Origin: Acidothermus cellulolyticus 11B
GTDB taxonomy: Bacteria; Actinomycetota; Actinomycetes; Acidothermales; Acidothermaceae
Direction of reading: 5' to 3'
NCBI RefSeq assembly: GCF_000015025.1
Contig: NC_008578.1
Coordinates: forward strand, 1,920,001 to 1,952,000
Length of the DNA stretch: 32,000 nucleotides
Made by a program: the position numbers and the translations under genes. The stretch's first letter is position 1; each line of letters starts with the position of its first letter. This document shows, in pieces, positions 1-7,962 of the stretch. The notes below the pieces were generated by a model, which saw nothing but the letters and a program-made list of their open reading frames with translations, was not told the origin of the DNA and made no database searches.

Positions 1-685
1 CCAGCGACCAGGTGGGCTCGGGGCGCCGCAGTCCGCACGAGCACGACCACACGTCGTCCGCCCACTGCAGCACCGCACCGCATCCGGGACAGACGGCGGC
101 ATCGGCTCGCCACGGCTGCCCAACGGCAACCCAGGTAACCGTTGGGACAACGGAGGCGGCCCAGACGACGTGCGGATCGTCGGCATTTGCCACGACGGTC
201 AGCTCGGGATGCGCGGCGAAGGCTTTCCGCCAGCGCCGCGCCACCATCGCGACCTCACCGACGCGATCGAGCTGGTCGCGGGTGAGATTGCCGAGAACGA
301 GGGTGGTACGCCGCGGTGCCTGGTCGAGCAGGGTGGGCAGGTAGGTTTCGTCTGCCTCGAACACCGCTGGTGTGCTCGCGTCGGGGGCGGTGAGGAGCGC
401 GGCGATCAGCCCGGGTGGCATGTTCGCGCCGGACAGATTGGTCACCACCGGGCCGGCCGTCCGGAGGGCGGCGGCGAGCAGTCGGGTCGTGGTTGTCTTG
501 CCGTTGGTCGCAGAAACGAAGGTCACCGGACGGACCGCTGTGAGCTGCCGAAACGCGTCCGGGCAGGCGGCGAGTGCCACCCGCCCGCTGATGACCATGC
601 CGTCGCCCCGCCGCAGCGCGCGCGAGAGCACCCCAGCGAGCCGGCCCAACCGGACGGCGGTACGAAGCCGGAGTGCGGCGCTCAT
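1..685 (-). CDS. murT: Mur ligase family protein, MurT-like (lipid II isoglutaminyl synthase subunit). N-terminal part only; the 3' end lies beyond the window start.
   Basis: Absent from the ORF track because it runs off the window edge. Reverse translation from the ATG at 685-683 gives MSAALRLRTAVRLGRLAGVLSRALRRGDGMVISGRVALAACPDAFRQLTAVRPVTFVSATNGKTTTTRLLAAAL...EADETYLP...LGNLTRDQLDR...CPGCGAVLQWADDVWSCSCG. This shows a Mur-ligase P-loop (TNGKTTT) followed by the Cys4 ribbon typical of MurT. The frame stays open to position 1. Confidence 0.8.
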   Translation of the reverse strand, partial: MSAALRLRTAVRLGRLAGVLSRALRRGDGMVISGRVALAACPDAFRQLTAVRPVTFVSATNGKTTTTRLLAAALRTAGPVVTNLSGANMPPGLIAALLTAPDASTPAVFEADETYLPTLLDQAPRRTTLVLGNLTRDQLDRVGEVAMVARRWRKAFAAHPELTVVANADDPHVVWAASVVPTVTWVAVGQPWRADAAVCPGCGAVLQWADDVWSCSCGLRRPEPTWSL

Positions 686-696
686 GGACCTCCGGT

Positions 697-1086
697 CTAA
701 GGCCAGACGTGCTGGGCGGATCCTCCGCTCGGGGACGAACCGGGATCAGCGGCGGCAAGCGCGTGAGCGGACGACGCCTCTCCCGACCCGGCGGAGCCGG
801 TGACAGCGGACACCGGCGCAGCAGCGGCCTGCGTCCGGGCGGCACGCCGTTCGGCGAGACGCCGAGGGTCAGCCATCGCGTGGGTCGCCCACCCGATGAG
901 CGTGCCGGCGACCACCAACCCGGCACCGAGGTAGAAAACCCACGGCGTGGCGACGATCAATCCGATGCCGGCAACAATGAAACCGATGATCACGACGGTG
1001 ACCACGGCCCATGAGATCGGCCGACCGCGGATGTGCCCGTCGTCCTCGGCGTGATACGCCTGCCCCTCGTGCCGTTCCCCGGTCAC
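697..1086 (-). CDS. Small two-TM membrane protein, HGxxPAAW-like
   Basis: Inside track ORF 697..1182(-). The likely start is the GTG at 1086-1084, 6 nt after the SD AAGGAGAGG (reverse complement of 1093-1101). The peptide VTGERHEGQAYHAEDDGHIRGRPISWAVVTVVIIGFIVAGIGLIVATPWVFYLGAGLVVAGTLIGW carries a His/Gly...P..W motif followed by two hydrophobic helices. Its stop lies 11 nt upstream of the murT start, so the two are probably co-transcribed. Confidence 0.55.
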   Translation of the reverse strand: MTGERHEGQAYHAEDDGHIRGRPISWAVVTVVIIGFIVAGIGLIVATPWVFYLGAGLVVAGTLIGWATHAMADPRRLAERRAARTQAAAAPVSAVTGSAGSGEASSAHALAAADPGSSPSGGSAQHVWP

Positions 1087-1203
1087 CGGCCACCTCTCCT
1101 TCCGCTCGGACGCGTGTACTCGCGCGCGACACGCACCGCTCCTCCGGCTTGCCTCAGGACGCCGCGAGACATGCTGCATCACCGGCGCGTGCCGGTGGCG
1201 ATG

Positions 1204-1515
1204 TTAGCGTCGCGTGTCGACTTCCCCTTCGGGCTTGCCCGGGGCGGCGTTCGCCGGCCAGCCGAAGCTGTCCCCGGTGCGGCGCGGCCGCTGGGCCAGC
1301 TGTACGCCGGGAAGCGTCCGCGTCGGCCAGTTCCCCGGAACCGGCACGGGCGTCGTCACCGGCGGCCGGCCGGGAACCGGATAGAGACTCCCGGCGGGGC
1401 GGCCAACCGACGTCCCATGCCCGCCGGGCGGGCGCACAAGCTGGGCATCCGCCTTGTCGCCGGCGCCGGTGGAAGAAGCTAGCGCGCCTTGGCTCTCGGT
1501 CACGTCCTCTTGCAT
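1204..1515 (-). CDS. Hypothetical Pro/Gly-rich protein (about 103 aa). Weak call.
   Basis: This is the C-terminal third of track ORF 1204..1800(-), taken from the ATG at 1515. GC3 counted by eye is about 80% (MQEDVTESQGALASSTGAGDK...PVPGRPPVTTPVPVPGNWP...). There is no SD and no recognisable domain. Confidence 0.25.
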   Translation of the reverse strand: MQEDVTESQGALASSTGAGDKADAQLVRPPGGHGTSVGRPAGSLYPVPGRPPVTTPVPVPGNWPTRTLPGVQLAQRPRRTGDSFGWPANAAPGKPEGEVDTRR

Positions 1516-2062
1516 ATCAGAGCGACCGTGAGTGGCACCGCCGAGGGGCGCAGAGCCGAGGTGCAATGCGAGGCACTTCACACCGAAGCGGTGACCGCGC
1601 CAAGGAGGCGGTCGCGGAGTGCCAACCTCGACAGCAGAGCGCGGGAACGCTGGATGCCCAAGCTGCAGCCCTCCACGCTCGTCCGCTACCGAACGAGCCC
1701 GAAGCAGCGTCGAAGCGTACGCCGTCGCACCGGTGATTTGGGCACGTGGTCCCAGAACCCCGCGGCACGCGAAGCTCCGCGCAGGTGGCAGGCTGCGCAA
1801 ACCGTGTTATCGCGTCTGAGGGCGCCAACACGCACGCAACGAAGTTCGGGATAGCAAGATCTTGATCGCTGATGTCCAAACCTGGTGTCGGGAGGTGCGC
1901 AAGCCAGCTGCGGACGCGAAAGGGCGCTGCTGAGAAATTGATTGCTGTCTGAGCTCGAAGCCCTGGTGCCCCTCCCCCCGATGCAAGACGCGCCCTTGGA
2001 GTCGTTCGCGATTTGATCACAGCAGGCGCGCAGCGACATGCGGTCATCGAAGGCACGGCGCC

Positions 2063-2737
2063 TCAGAGGCGTAGGACTGTAGACACCGTCGCGCGGATCG
2101 TCGCTATGTCGACGTCTGCGGCTATGTCTTTCTCACTCGGCGAGTCGGATCCCTTGATTGCGCTTTCGACGCCCAGCAGCGCGCGCAGTAGCCGTGGTAG
2201 CACAGTGCGACCCAGCAGATCCTGCGCGAGTGAGGTTGCGGCGGCCCGGTCGATACCGTGGGCGCGGTACCGCTCGTAGAGGTAGGAGGCCAGCCGGTCG
2301 TACGCCTTGACGAACATCGCGTCAAAGTACGCCGATGCGCTGCCCGGTAGCCTCTCAGCCTCGGCGATGCACAGCCGACAAAGACGTACCTGAGGCTCCC
2401 AAGTCATCAGTTGCTGGAACCGCCCGCAGAATAGCGAGATCGCCTCGGTAGGGTCGTCGGCGTACGCGTCCGGGGTGCTGAGCTTGCCGAGGTACAACTC
2501 GCGGACGAAGTCCAGCACCGCGTCGAACAGCTTCTGCTTGCTCTCAAAGTGGGCGTACAGCGAACGCTTAGACGTTCCAGCTCGCGCTGCGACGGCGTCC
2601 ATCGAAGTCCGCTCGTAGCCGGCTTCCAAGAAGACGTCTTTGGCGATTGCGAGGATGTGACGGCGCAGTTCCGCACCGCGGCGCTGCGCACCCCGCTGCG
2701 CCTCTTCTCTCTGGAGCGATCGGCCCTCACGCGTCAT
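2063..2737 (-). CDS. TetR/AcrR family transcriptional regulator
   Basis: Track ORF of 224 aa. The N-terminal HTH is typical of TetR: RRHILAIAKDVFLEAGYERTSMDAVAARAGTSKRSLYAHFESKQKLF. Confidence 0.9.
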   Translation of the reverse strand: MTREGRSLQREEAQRGAQRRGAELRRHILAIAKDVFLEAGYERTSMDAVAARAGTSKRSLYAHFESKQKLFDAVLDFVRELYLGKLSTPDAYADDPTEAISLFCGRFQQLMTWEPQVRLCRLCIAEAERLPGSASAYFDAMFVKAYDRLASYLYERYRAHGIDRAAATSLAQDLLGRTVLPRLLRALLGVESAIKGSDSPSEKDIAADVDIATIRATVSTVLRL

Positions 2738-2745
2738 CTCACACC

Positions 2746-2775
2746 AACTAGTAAACGGTACGGTATAGTTTAGTT
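2746..2775. promoter_or_regulatory. Candidate TetR operator in the divergent intergenic region
   Basis: The sequence aactagtaaacggtacggtatagtttagtt contains the inverted pentamers TAAAC (2752-2756) and GTTTA (2768-2772) with flanking AACTA/TAGTT. It sits between the TetR start (2737) and the cyclase start (2862). The repeat is imperfect. Confidence 0.25.
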
Positions 2776-2861
2776 ACTGACCGGCTCGGCTGTCGTGGCG
2801 CGTACCCGATTTGGAGCAGGTCGGATCACCGCACTTTCTGACCAGCGAGGAGTTTCACATT

Positions 2862-3290
2862 ATGGCTGCAGGCAGCATCCCAGAGATCGAGACCACTGTC
2901 CGTCGCTTCTACGAAGCGTTGACCACCGGAGACTCGATACTCGTCGACCAGGCGTTGGCTCCCGAGTGGGAGGCCGTACCTCCTTTGCGCAGCGGCCCAG
3001 GGGCCGAAGGGTGGAAGACAAGCGTCGCGCACCTACGTGGTGTGTTCCCCGACCTACGTGTCACGATCGAGGACATCGTCTTCTCCGGGGATCGAGTAGT
3101 CGTGCGATCGGTAAGCCGCGGTACCCACACCGGTGAGTTGCTCGGCGTGCGCGGCACCGGCAAGCAGATCGAGTTCCGGGCAATCGACATCCATCGGCTG
3201 GAAAACGGCAGAATCGTCCAGACCTGGCATCTCGAAGACTATTTCGGCATCGCTCTACAGATCGGACTCACGTTCATACCCGCCCCTTGA
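2862..3290 (+). CDS. SnoaL-like ester/polyketide cyclase family protein
   Basis: Track ORF 2811..3290. The preferred start is the ATG at 2862, 9 nt after the SD GAGGAG (2847-2852). Sequence typical of the predicted ester cyclase / SnoaL fold: TTVRRFYEALTTGD...WKTSVAHLRGVFPDLRVTIEDIVFSGDRVVVRSVSRGTHTGELLGVRGTGKQIEFRAIDIHRLENGRIVQTWHLED. Confidence 0.8.
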   Translation: MAAGSIPEIETTVRRFYEALTTGDSILVDQALAPEWEAVPPLRSGPGAEGWKTSVAHLRGVFPDLRVTIEDIVFSGDRVVVRSVSRGTHTGELLGVRGTGKQIEFRAIDIHRLENGRIVQTWHLEDYFGIALQIGLTFIPAP

Positions 3291-3378
3291 CAAGACAGGT
3301 TATTTGGGCCTCCCAGGCGCGGCATTCCGCGGCACGTCACCAGACGTGCCGTATCGGAACGAGGAGAAGGGCACACAC

Positions 3379-4137
3379 ATGACGCTGGAAGGAAAAACTG
3401 CGCTAGTCACCGGGGCAGCGCGGGGAATCGGACAAGCCTACGTGGCGCGACTGGCTGCCGACGGTGCCAACGTCGTCGCAGTCGACATCAACGACCCGAC
3501 CGACGGCCTGGTCGGACTCACCGGCAAGGGCGACAAGCTGGGACTGGTCTGCGACATCAGCCGACCCGACGAGGTGGATGTCGTCGTCACAACGACCCTG
3601 GAGCGGTTCGGCCGCGTCGACATCTTGGTCAACAACGCCGGGATCTTCCCGACCGCCAGCCTAGACACCGTGACGATCGAGCTTTGGCGGCAGGTTCAAG
3701 CCGTCAACGTTGAGCCGATCCTGCGGTTCACACAGGCCTTCGCTCCTGGAATGAAGAGCGCTGGATGGGGGCGCATCGTCAACACAGGATCAGCTAACAC
3801 CCTCCTGCATGGCAAGGACCTGGCCTACATGACAAGCAAAGCCACCGTGCACGGCCTGACCCGGGCACTGGCCAACGAGCTGGGCGAGAGCGGGATCACG
3901 GTCAACGCAATCGCTCCCAGCGTTGTCGCCACCGAAGGTTTCCTGGGGCGTGCCAGGAGCGCCGGGTCGACCGCCGAGGAGGTACTCGCCCGAGTCTTGG
4001 CGATGCAAACCATCAAACGTCCTTCGGTCCCCGCTGATCTAGCGGACGTCCTCGGCTTCCTGGTCTCCGAAGCAGCAGGGTTTATCACTGGTCAGATCAT
4101 CCACGTCGACGGCGGCCTAACCCGGACCGGAGCATGA
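3379..4137 (+). CDS. SDR family oxidoreductase (classical short-chain dehydrogenase)
   Basis: Within track ORF 3133..4137. The ATG at 3379 follows the SD GAGGAGAAGGG (3361-3371). Motifs present: TGAARGIG (cofactor binding), NNAG, and YMTSK (the YxxxK catalytic motif). Confidence 0.9.
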   Translation: MTLEGKTALVTGAARGIGQAYVARLAADGANVVAVDINDPTDGLVGLTGKGDKLGLVCDISRPDEVDVVVTTTLERFGRVDILVNNAGIFPTASLDTVTIELWRQVQAVNVEPILRFTQAFAPGMKSAGWGRIVNTGSANTLLHGKDLAYMTSKATVHGLTRALANELGESGITVNAIAPSVVATEGFLGRARSAGSTAEEVLARVLAMQTIKRPSVPADLADVLGFLVSEAAGFITGQIIHVDGGLTRTGA

Positions 4138-4674
4138 GCAGCATCCGGCCCAAGAGACATGCCGGAGTATTACGCGGCGGACGCAACGTGTCGCCACCCG
4201 ACGGCCGATCACCAGGTGTGCTGGTATTTGCCCTCCTACGTTTACGCGCTCTTCAAGCGCCCGACCTCCCCGCAGGGGCGGCGCAGTGTCGAGTACAGCT
4301 CTGGATTTTGGGTCGACGAGCCGTGGGTCGCTCCGCGATGAACGCGCTGACCTCAAAAGTGAAGGAATACCGGGCGTGTGGCACCGCAGGAGAGCGACCC
4401 GCCGGAGACCGGTGTTCGACTGTGCGCGCAAAGACGTACCGACGCTGCCCGCGCGTAAGGCCGCAGAATCAGTCATTGATGTATCAAACGACGGGGCCGA
4501 CGTTGGAGCTACCCGAGAATTGCGTCTCAACACTGGTCATGGGTCGGCCCATCAATCGCATACCAGGCTTCCCAGGGTAGCCAGTCCGACTCGGCTCGTT
4601 GGGCATGAGGCACTACCCTTCGGCGATACCCCAAAGCCAAGACCCACAGCAGAGGACCAATACGGGAGTACGAT

Positions 4675-5646
4675 GTGACGACTAGTGTGCCGCAGCTGGA
4701 CATCGTCGCTGGACGCGCGCGAGAACGATTCGACACGCTCTTGAACACGATCGCGGACAACTTCAGCGTTTCGCGTCGGAGTCCGATCTTGCATACCCCC
4801 GCTGAACACCACCTGCACTTCGAAGACGTCACCTTTCCCTCCGAGGACGGGACGCCATTGGAGGGATGGCTCGTTCCTGCCGCACACGCGGATACGATCG
4901 TGATCGTCAACCATCCGCGCTACTTCAGCCGTTCAGGGTTACCAGCGCATGTGGAACCCTGGCGCTCGGATTTCGGCGCGACCGGCAACGACATCGAGGT
5001 AAACCTCGTGCGCGACATCGCGATCTTGCATGACGCTGGCTACCACGTACTGGCATACGACTTACGCAACTTTGGTCACAGCGGCGCCGCCAACGGAGGA
5101 CTGACGAGTGCCGGCATCTTCGAATCCCGCGACGTTATCGGATCGCTTATCTACGTCCGTTCCCGATCCGATCTGCAGCAGGTCAAAATCGCACTCTTCA
5201 GCCGCTGCTTAGGCGCTAACGCCACCCTGTTCGCCATGCAGCGAGCGCCGCAGATGTTCGGTAACGTACGCTGCCTGGTCGCGTGCCAGCCACTGTCGCC
5301 GCGGATGGCCCTGGAACGCGCCTTCGAGCGCCACGGTCTCCCGATCGACCTGATGGACGAACTTGACCGACGGATCAAGCTGCGGACCAGCTTCGGCCTC
5401 AACGACATGTCGCCAATAAACGCAGCGCGTAGCGTACGTGTGCCAACGCTTGTCTACCAGGTCCACGCCGACGTGATGACTCGCCCGTCCGACGTACAAG
5501 CCATCTTCGACGCCATCCCCGACCACGATGCGCTACCGAAGGAGCTCTTCTGGATCCACGGCACTACCCGACGCTGGGACGGCTACCTGCACTTCCAGAA
5601 CGAACCGAACCGCATCCTGGCCTGGCTTGAAAGATACACGCGCTAA
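4675..5646 (+). CDS. Alpha/beta hydrolase fold protein with an apparent cysteine nucleophile elbow (S-R-C-L-G)
   Basis: Track ORF of 323 aa. The GTG start is 6 nt after GGGAG (4664-4668). Supporting sequence: IVIVNHP...HVLAYDLRNFGHSG...KIALFSRCLGANATLFA...WIHGTTRRWDGY. Confidence 0.8.
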   Translation: MTTSVPQLDIVAGRARERFDTLLNTIADNFSVSRRSPILHTPAEHHLHFEDVTFPSEDGTPLEGWLVPAAHADTIVIVNHPRYFSRSGLPAHVEPWRSDFGATGNDIEVNLVRDIAILHDAGYHVLAYDLRNFGHSGAANGGLTSAGIFESRDVIGSLIYVRSRSDLQQVKIALFSRCLGANATLFAMQRAPQMFGNVRCLVACQPLSPRMALERAFERHGLPIDLMDELDRRIKLRTSFGLNDMSPINAARSVRVPTLVYQVHADVMTRPSDVQAIFDAIPDHDALPKELFWIHGTTRRWDGYLHFQNEPNRILAWLERYTR

Positions 5647-6391
5647 ATGAAGTGCTGCCTTTCCAGCGCTTCCCGCGGTTGCCTGATGGAGAGAGAACCT
5701 AGGAAACCGCGCGCTGACGGTTCCGTTCTTGACCTTGCGTGCGAATCACTCTCCGCAACTGAATCGATATCTAATGTCACGACACAGACGAAAGATCGCC
5801 ATGCCCAGCGCGACCTGACAGACCGTGGATCCCCGGCAAGTGTCCAGCAGAGTAAGTAGACGACAGCGGCCACCGGAGATTGAGAACCCTGCCTTAAGTC
5901 ACCGGCACCGCACACCAACGGGGAGCGACACTAATATCGGCAGATCCTGTGAACATCCTTAAAAAAGGCTTCATTAATAAAACACCATTACTTCCCCATC
6001 GATTGGTGTTTCCGTTACCTTTGTCCAGAGGCCAGGTCTGAAGCCGGCACGCACCGCCTCGAGCTGACGACGATCGATCGCGTTGCCCGACATGCGCTAC
6101 CACCAGTAGGTAACACGGATCGCGGCGGCGAACATAACTCAAATTTCCGCACGTTCGTCAGACAACCGACCGGTAATCTTCAGTCGGCAACGCTCTTCAA
6201 CAGAGCGGTGTTCGACGACCGTAACCGTTGGCATTCCGCTGCGGACGCCAAACATCGCCTCTGACGGCTTCGCAGCGTGGCGGCACGCCCGACTCGACGG
6301 GCACCACGCCGAAGCCCCGCATCCGGCAAAAGCGCGCCGAAGGTGCCGCCCGCTCACGCCGCGTGCCGACCGGCGTACGCGCTGCCGACGG

Positions 6392-7765
6392 TCAGCTGGC
6401 CCAGTCGAGCAGGGAGTCGGGGCTGTTGGGGTCGCGCAGTTTCGCTAAGGCCTCGCGCTCGATTTGCCGCACCCGCTCCCGGGTCAGGCCGACGTCCCGG
6501 CCGATTTCGTCCAGCGTGTGCGGCCGGCCGCCGACCAGGCCGAAGCGCAGCGCAATCACCCGGGCCTCTCGCGGGTCCAGCCCGGCCAGTGCACGATGCA
6601 CGGTGTCGATCATCGCCTGGTATTCGAGGGCGTCCGAGGCGGCGGGCGCCTCCATGTCCTCGATGAGATCGCCCAGCAGGGTGTCCTCGTCGTCGCCAAC
6701 CGGGTTGTCCAGGCTGACCGGCTGGCGGGCGTTCCGCAGCATCTCCTCGATCTGCTCCGGCGTTCGGTCAAGCTCGGCGGCAAGTTCCTCAGCCGTGGGT
6801 TCCCGGCCGAATTGCTGGTGCAGCTCGCGCTGGAGCCGGGTCAGCTTGTTGAGTTGCTCGACGACGTGCACCGGCAACCGGATGGTGCGAGCTTGATCCG
6901 CGAGGGCGCGCGTGATGGCCTGCCGGATCCACCACATCGCGTAGGTGGAGAATTTGTACCCCTTGGTGTAGTCGAATTTCTCCACTGCGCGGATGAGCCC
7001 GAGATTGCCCTCCTGAATGACGTCGAGGAACGCCATGCCCCGGTTCGAGTACCGCTTGGCAACCGAGACCACGAGCCGGAGATTCGCCTCGAGCATGTGC
7101 GCCTTGGCGCGGGCCCCGTCATCGCGGATCGCCTCCAGGTCGCGCCGCTCCTCCTCCGTCAACTGCAGAGTCGGGTCGTTGAGTTTGACGTCGGCGTACA
7201 CACCGGCTTCGATCCGCTTGGCCAACTCGACTTCCTGCGCGGCGTCGAGGAGCGGAGTACGGCCGATCTCATTGAGGTAGTTGCGCACCGGGTCGTGCGA
7301 CAACCCGGCGTCGTCCAGGTCGAGATCGTCCTCTACGAGATCGTCACTCTCGTCGTCGAAACCGGCGGGACGGCTGACTGCGTCGAGCAGCTCCTCTTCG
7401 GTAGGAATCTCGGCGGGAGCGTCGTCCTCCACGACGTCGACGACCAGCTCCTCGTCGGCTGCACGACGCGAACTCCGTGATCGCGATCCGCGGGTCCGGC
7501 GCGCGGTCCGGACCGGCTCCTCCTCCGCCACCTCGTGATCAAGCTGCGAAACCGCCGCCTCCCGCGGTTCAGCCGGCAATGACACCGCCGCGTCGGTACG
7601 CACGACATCCGCCGGCGCGTCAGTTCCCGGCACGGCGGTTCCCGGCACGGCGGGACTCGCGGCACGCACCGTCTCCTCACGCAGCGGTGAGCGTCCGGCA
7701 CGGTCGGAACGCTTGCCGGCCGTGGCGCGCTTGCGGGTGGAGGTGCTAATCTTCGGCTCCTTCAT
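6392..7765 (-). CDS. RpoD/SigA-family (primary-like, group 1/2) RNA polymerase sigma factor
   Basis: Track ORF of 457 aa. Conserved regions present:
- Region 1.2: [16 protein letters not shown].
- Region 2: [58 protein letters not shown].
- Region 3: [16 protein letters not shown].
- Region 4.2: [20 protein letters not shown]. Confidence 0.93.
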   Translation of the reverse strand: MKEPKISTSTRKRATAGKRSDRAGRSPLREETVRAASPAVPGTAVPGTDAPADVVRTDAAVSLPAEPREAAVSQLDHEVAEEEPVRTARRTRGSRSRSSRRAADEELVVDVVEDDAPAEIPTEEELLDAVSRPAGFDDESDDLVEDDLDLDDAGLSHDPVRNYLNEIGRTPLLDAAQEVELAKRIEAGVYADVKLNDPTLQLTEEERRDLEAIRDDGARAKAHMLEANLRLVVSVAKRYSNRGMAFLDVIQEGNLGLIRAVEKFDYTKGYKFSTYAMWWIRQAITRALADQARTIRLPVHVVEQLNKLTRLQRELHQQFGREPTAEELAAELDRTPEQIEEMLRNARQPVSLDNPVGDDEDTLLGDLIEDMEAPAASDALEYQAMIDTVHRALAGLDPREARVIALRFGLVGGRPHTLDEIGRDVGLTRERVRQIEREALAKLRDPNSPDSLLDWAS

Positions 7766-7962
7766 CGTCCCTGTGATCGTCTACCACTGGCGAAGTCTTC
7801 TGTGCTTCGCTCTGTACAACGCATGACGCGCGGCGCTGTTCCATCGTTCACCGTTGTCCACAAGTGGATCGGCATTCTCAGCGACTTCTTTGAGTTGGAC
7901 CTACCCGCGGCAGGGCGCTCACTCACCCGGCGTCTCAGGGCCACGCCCGCCGTGATTGATCA

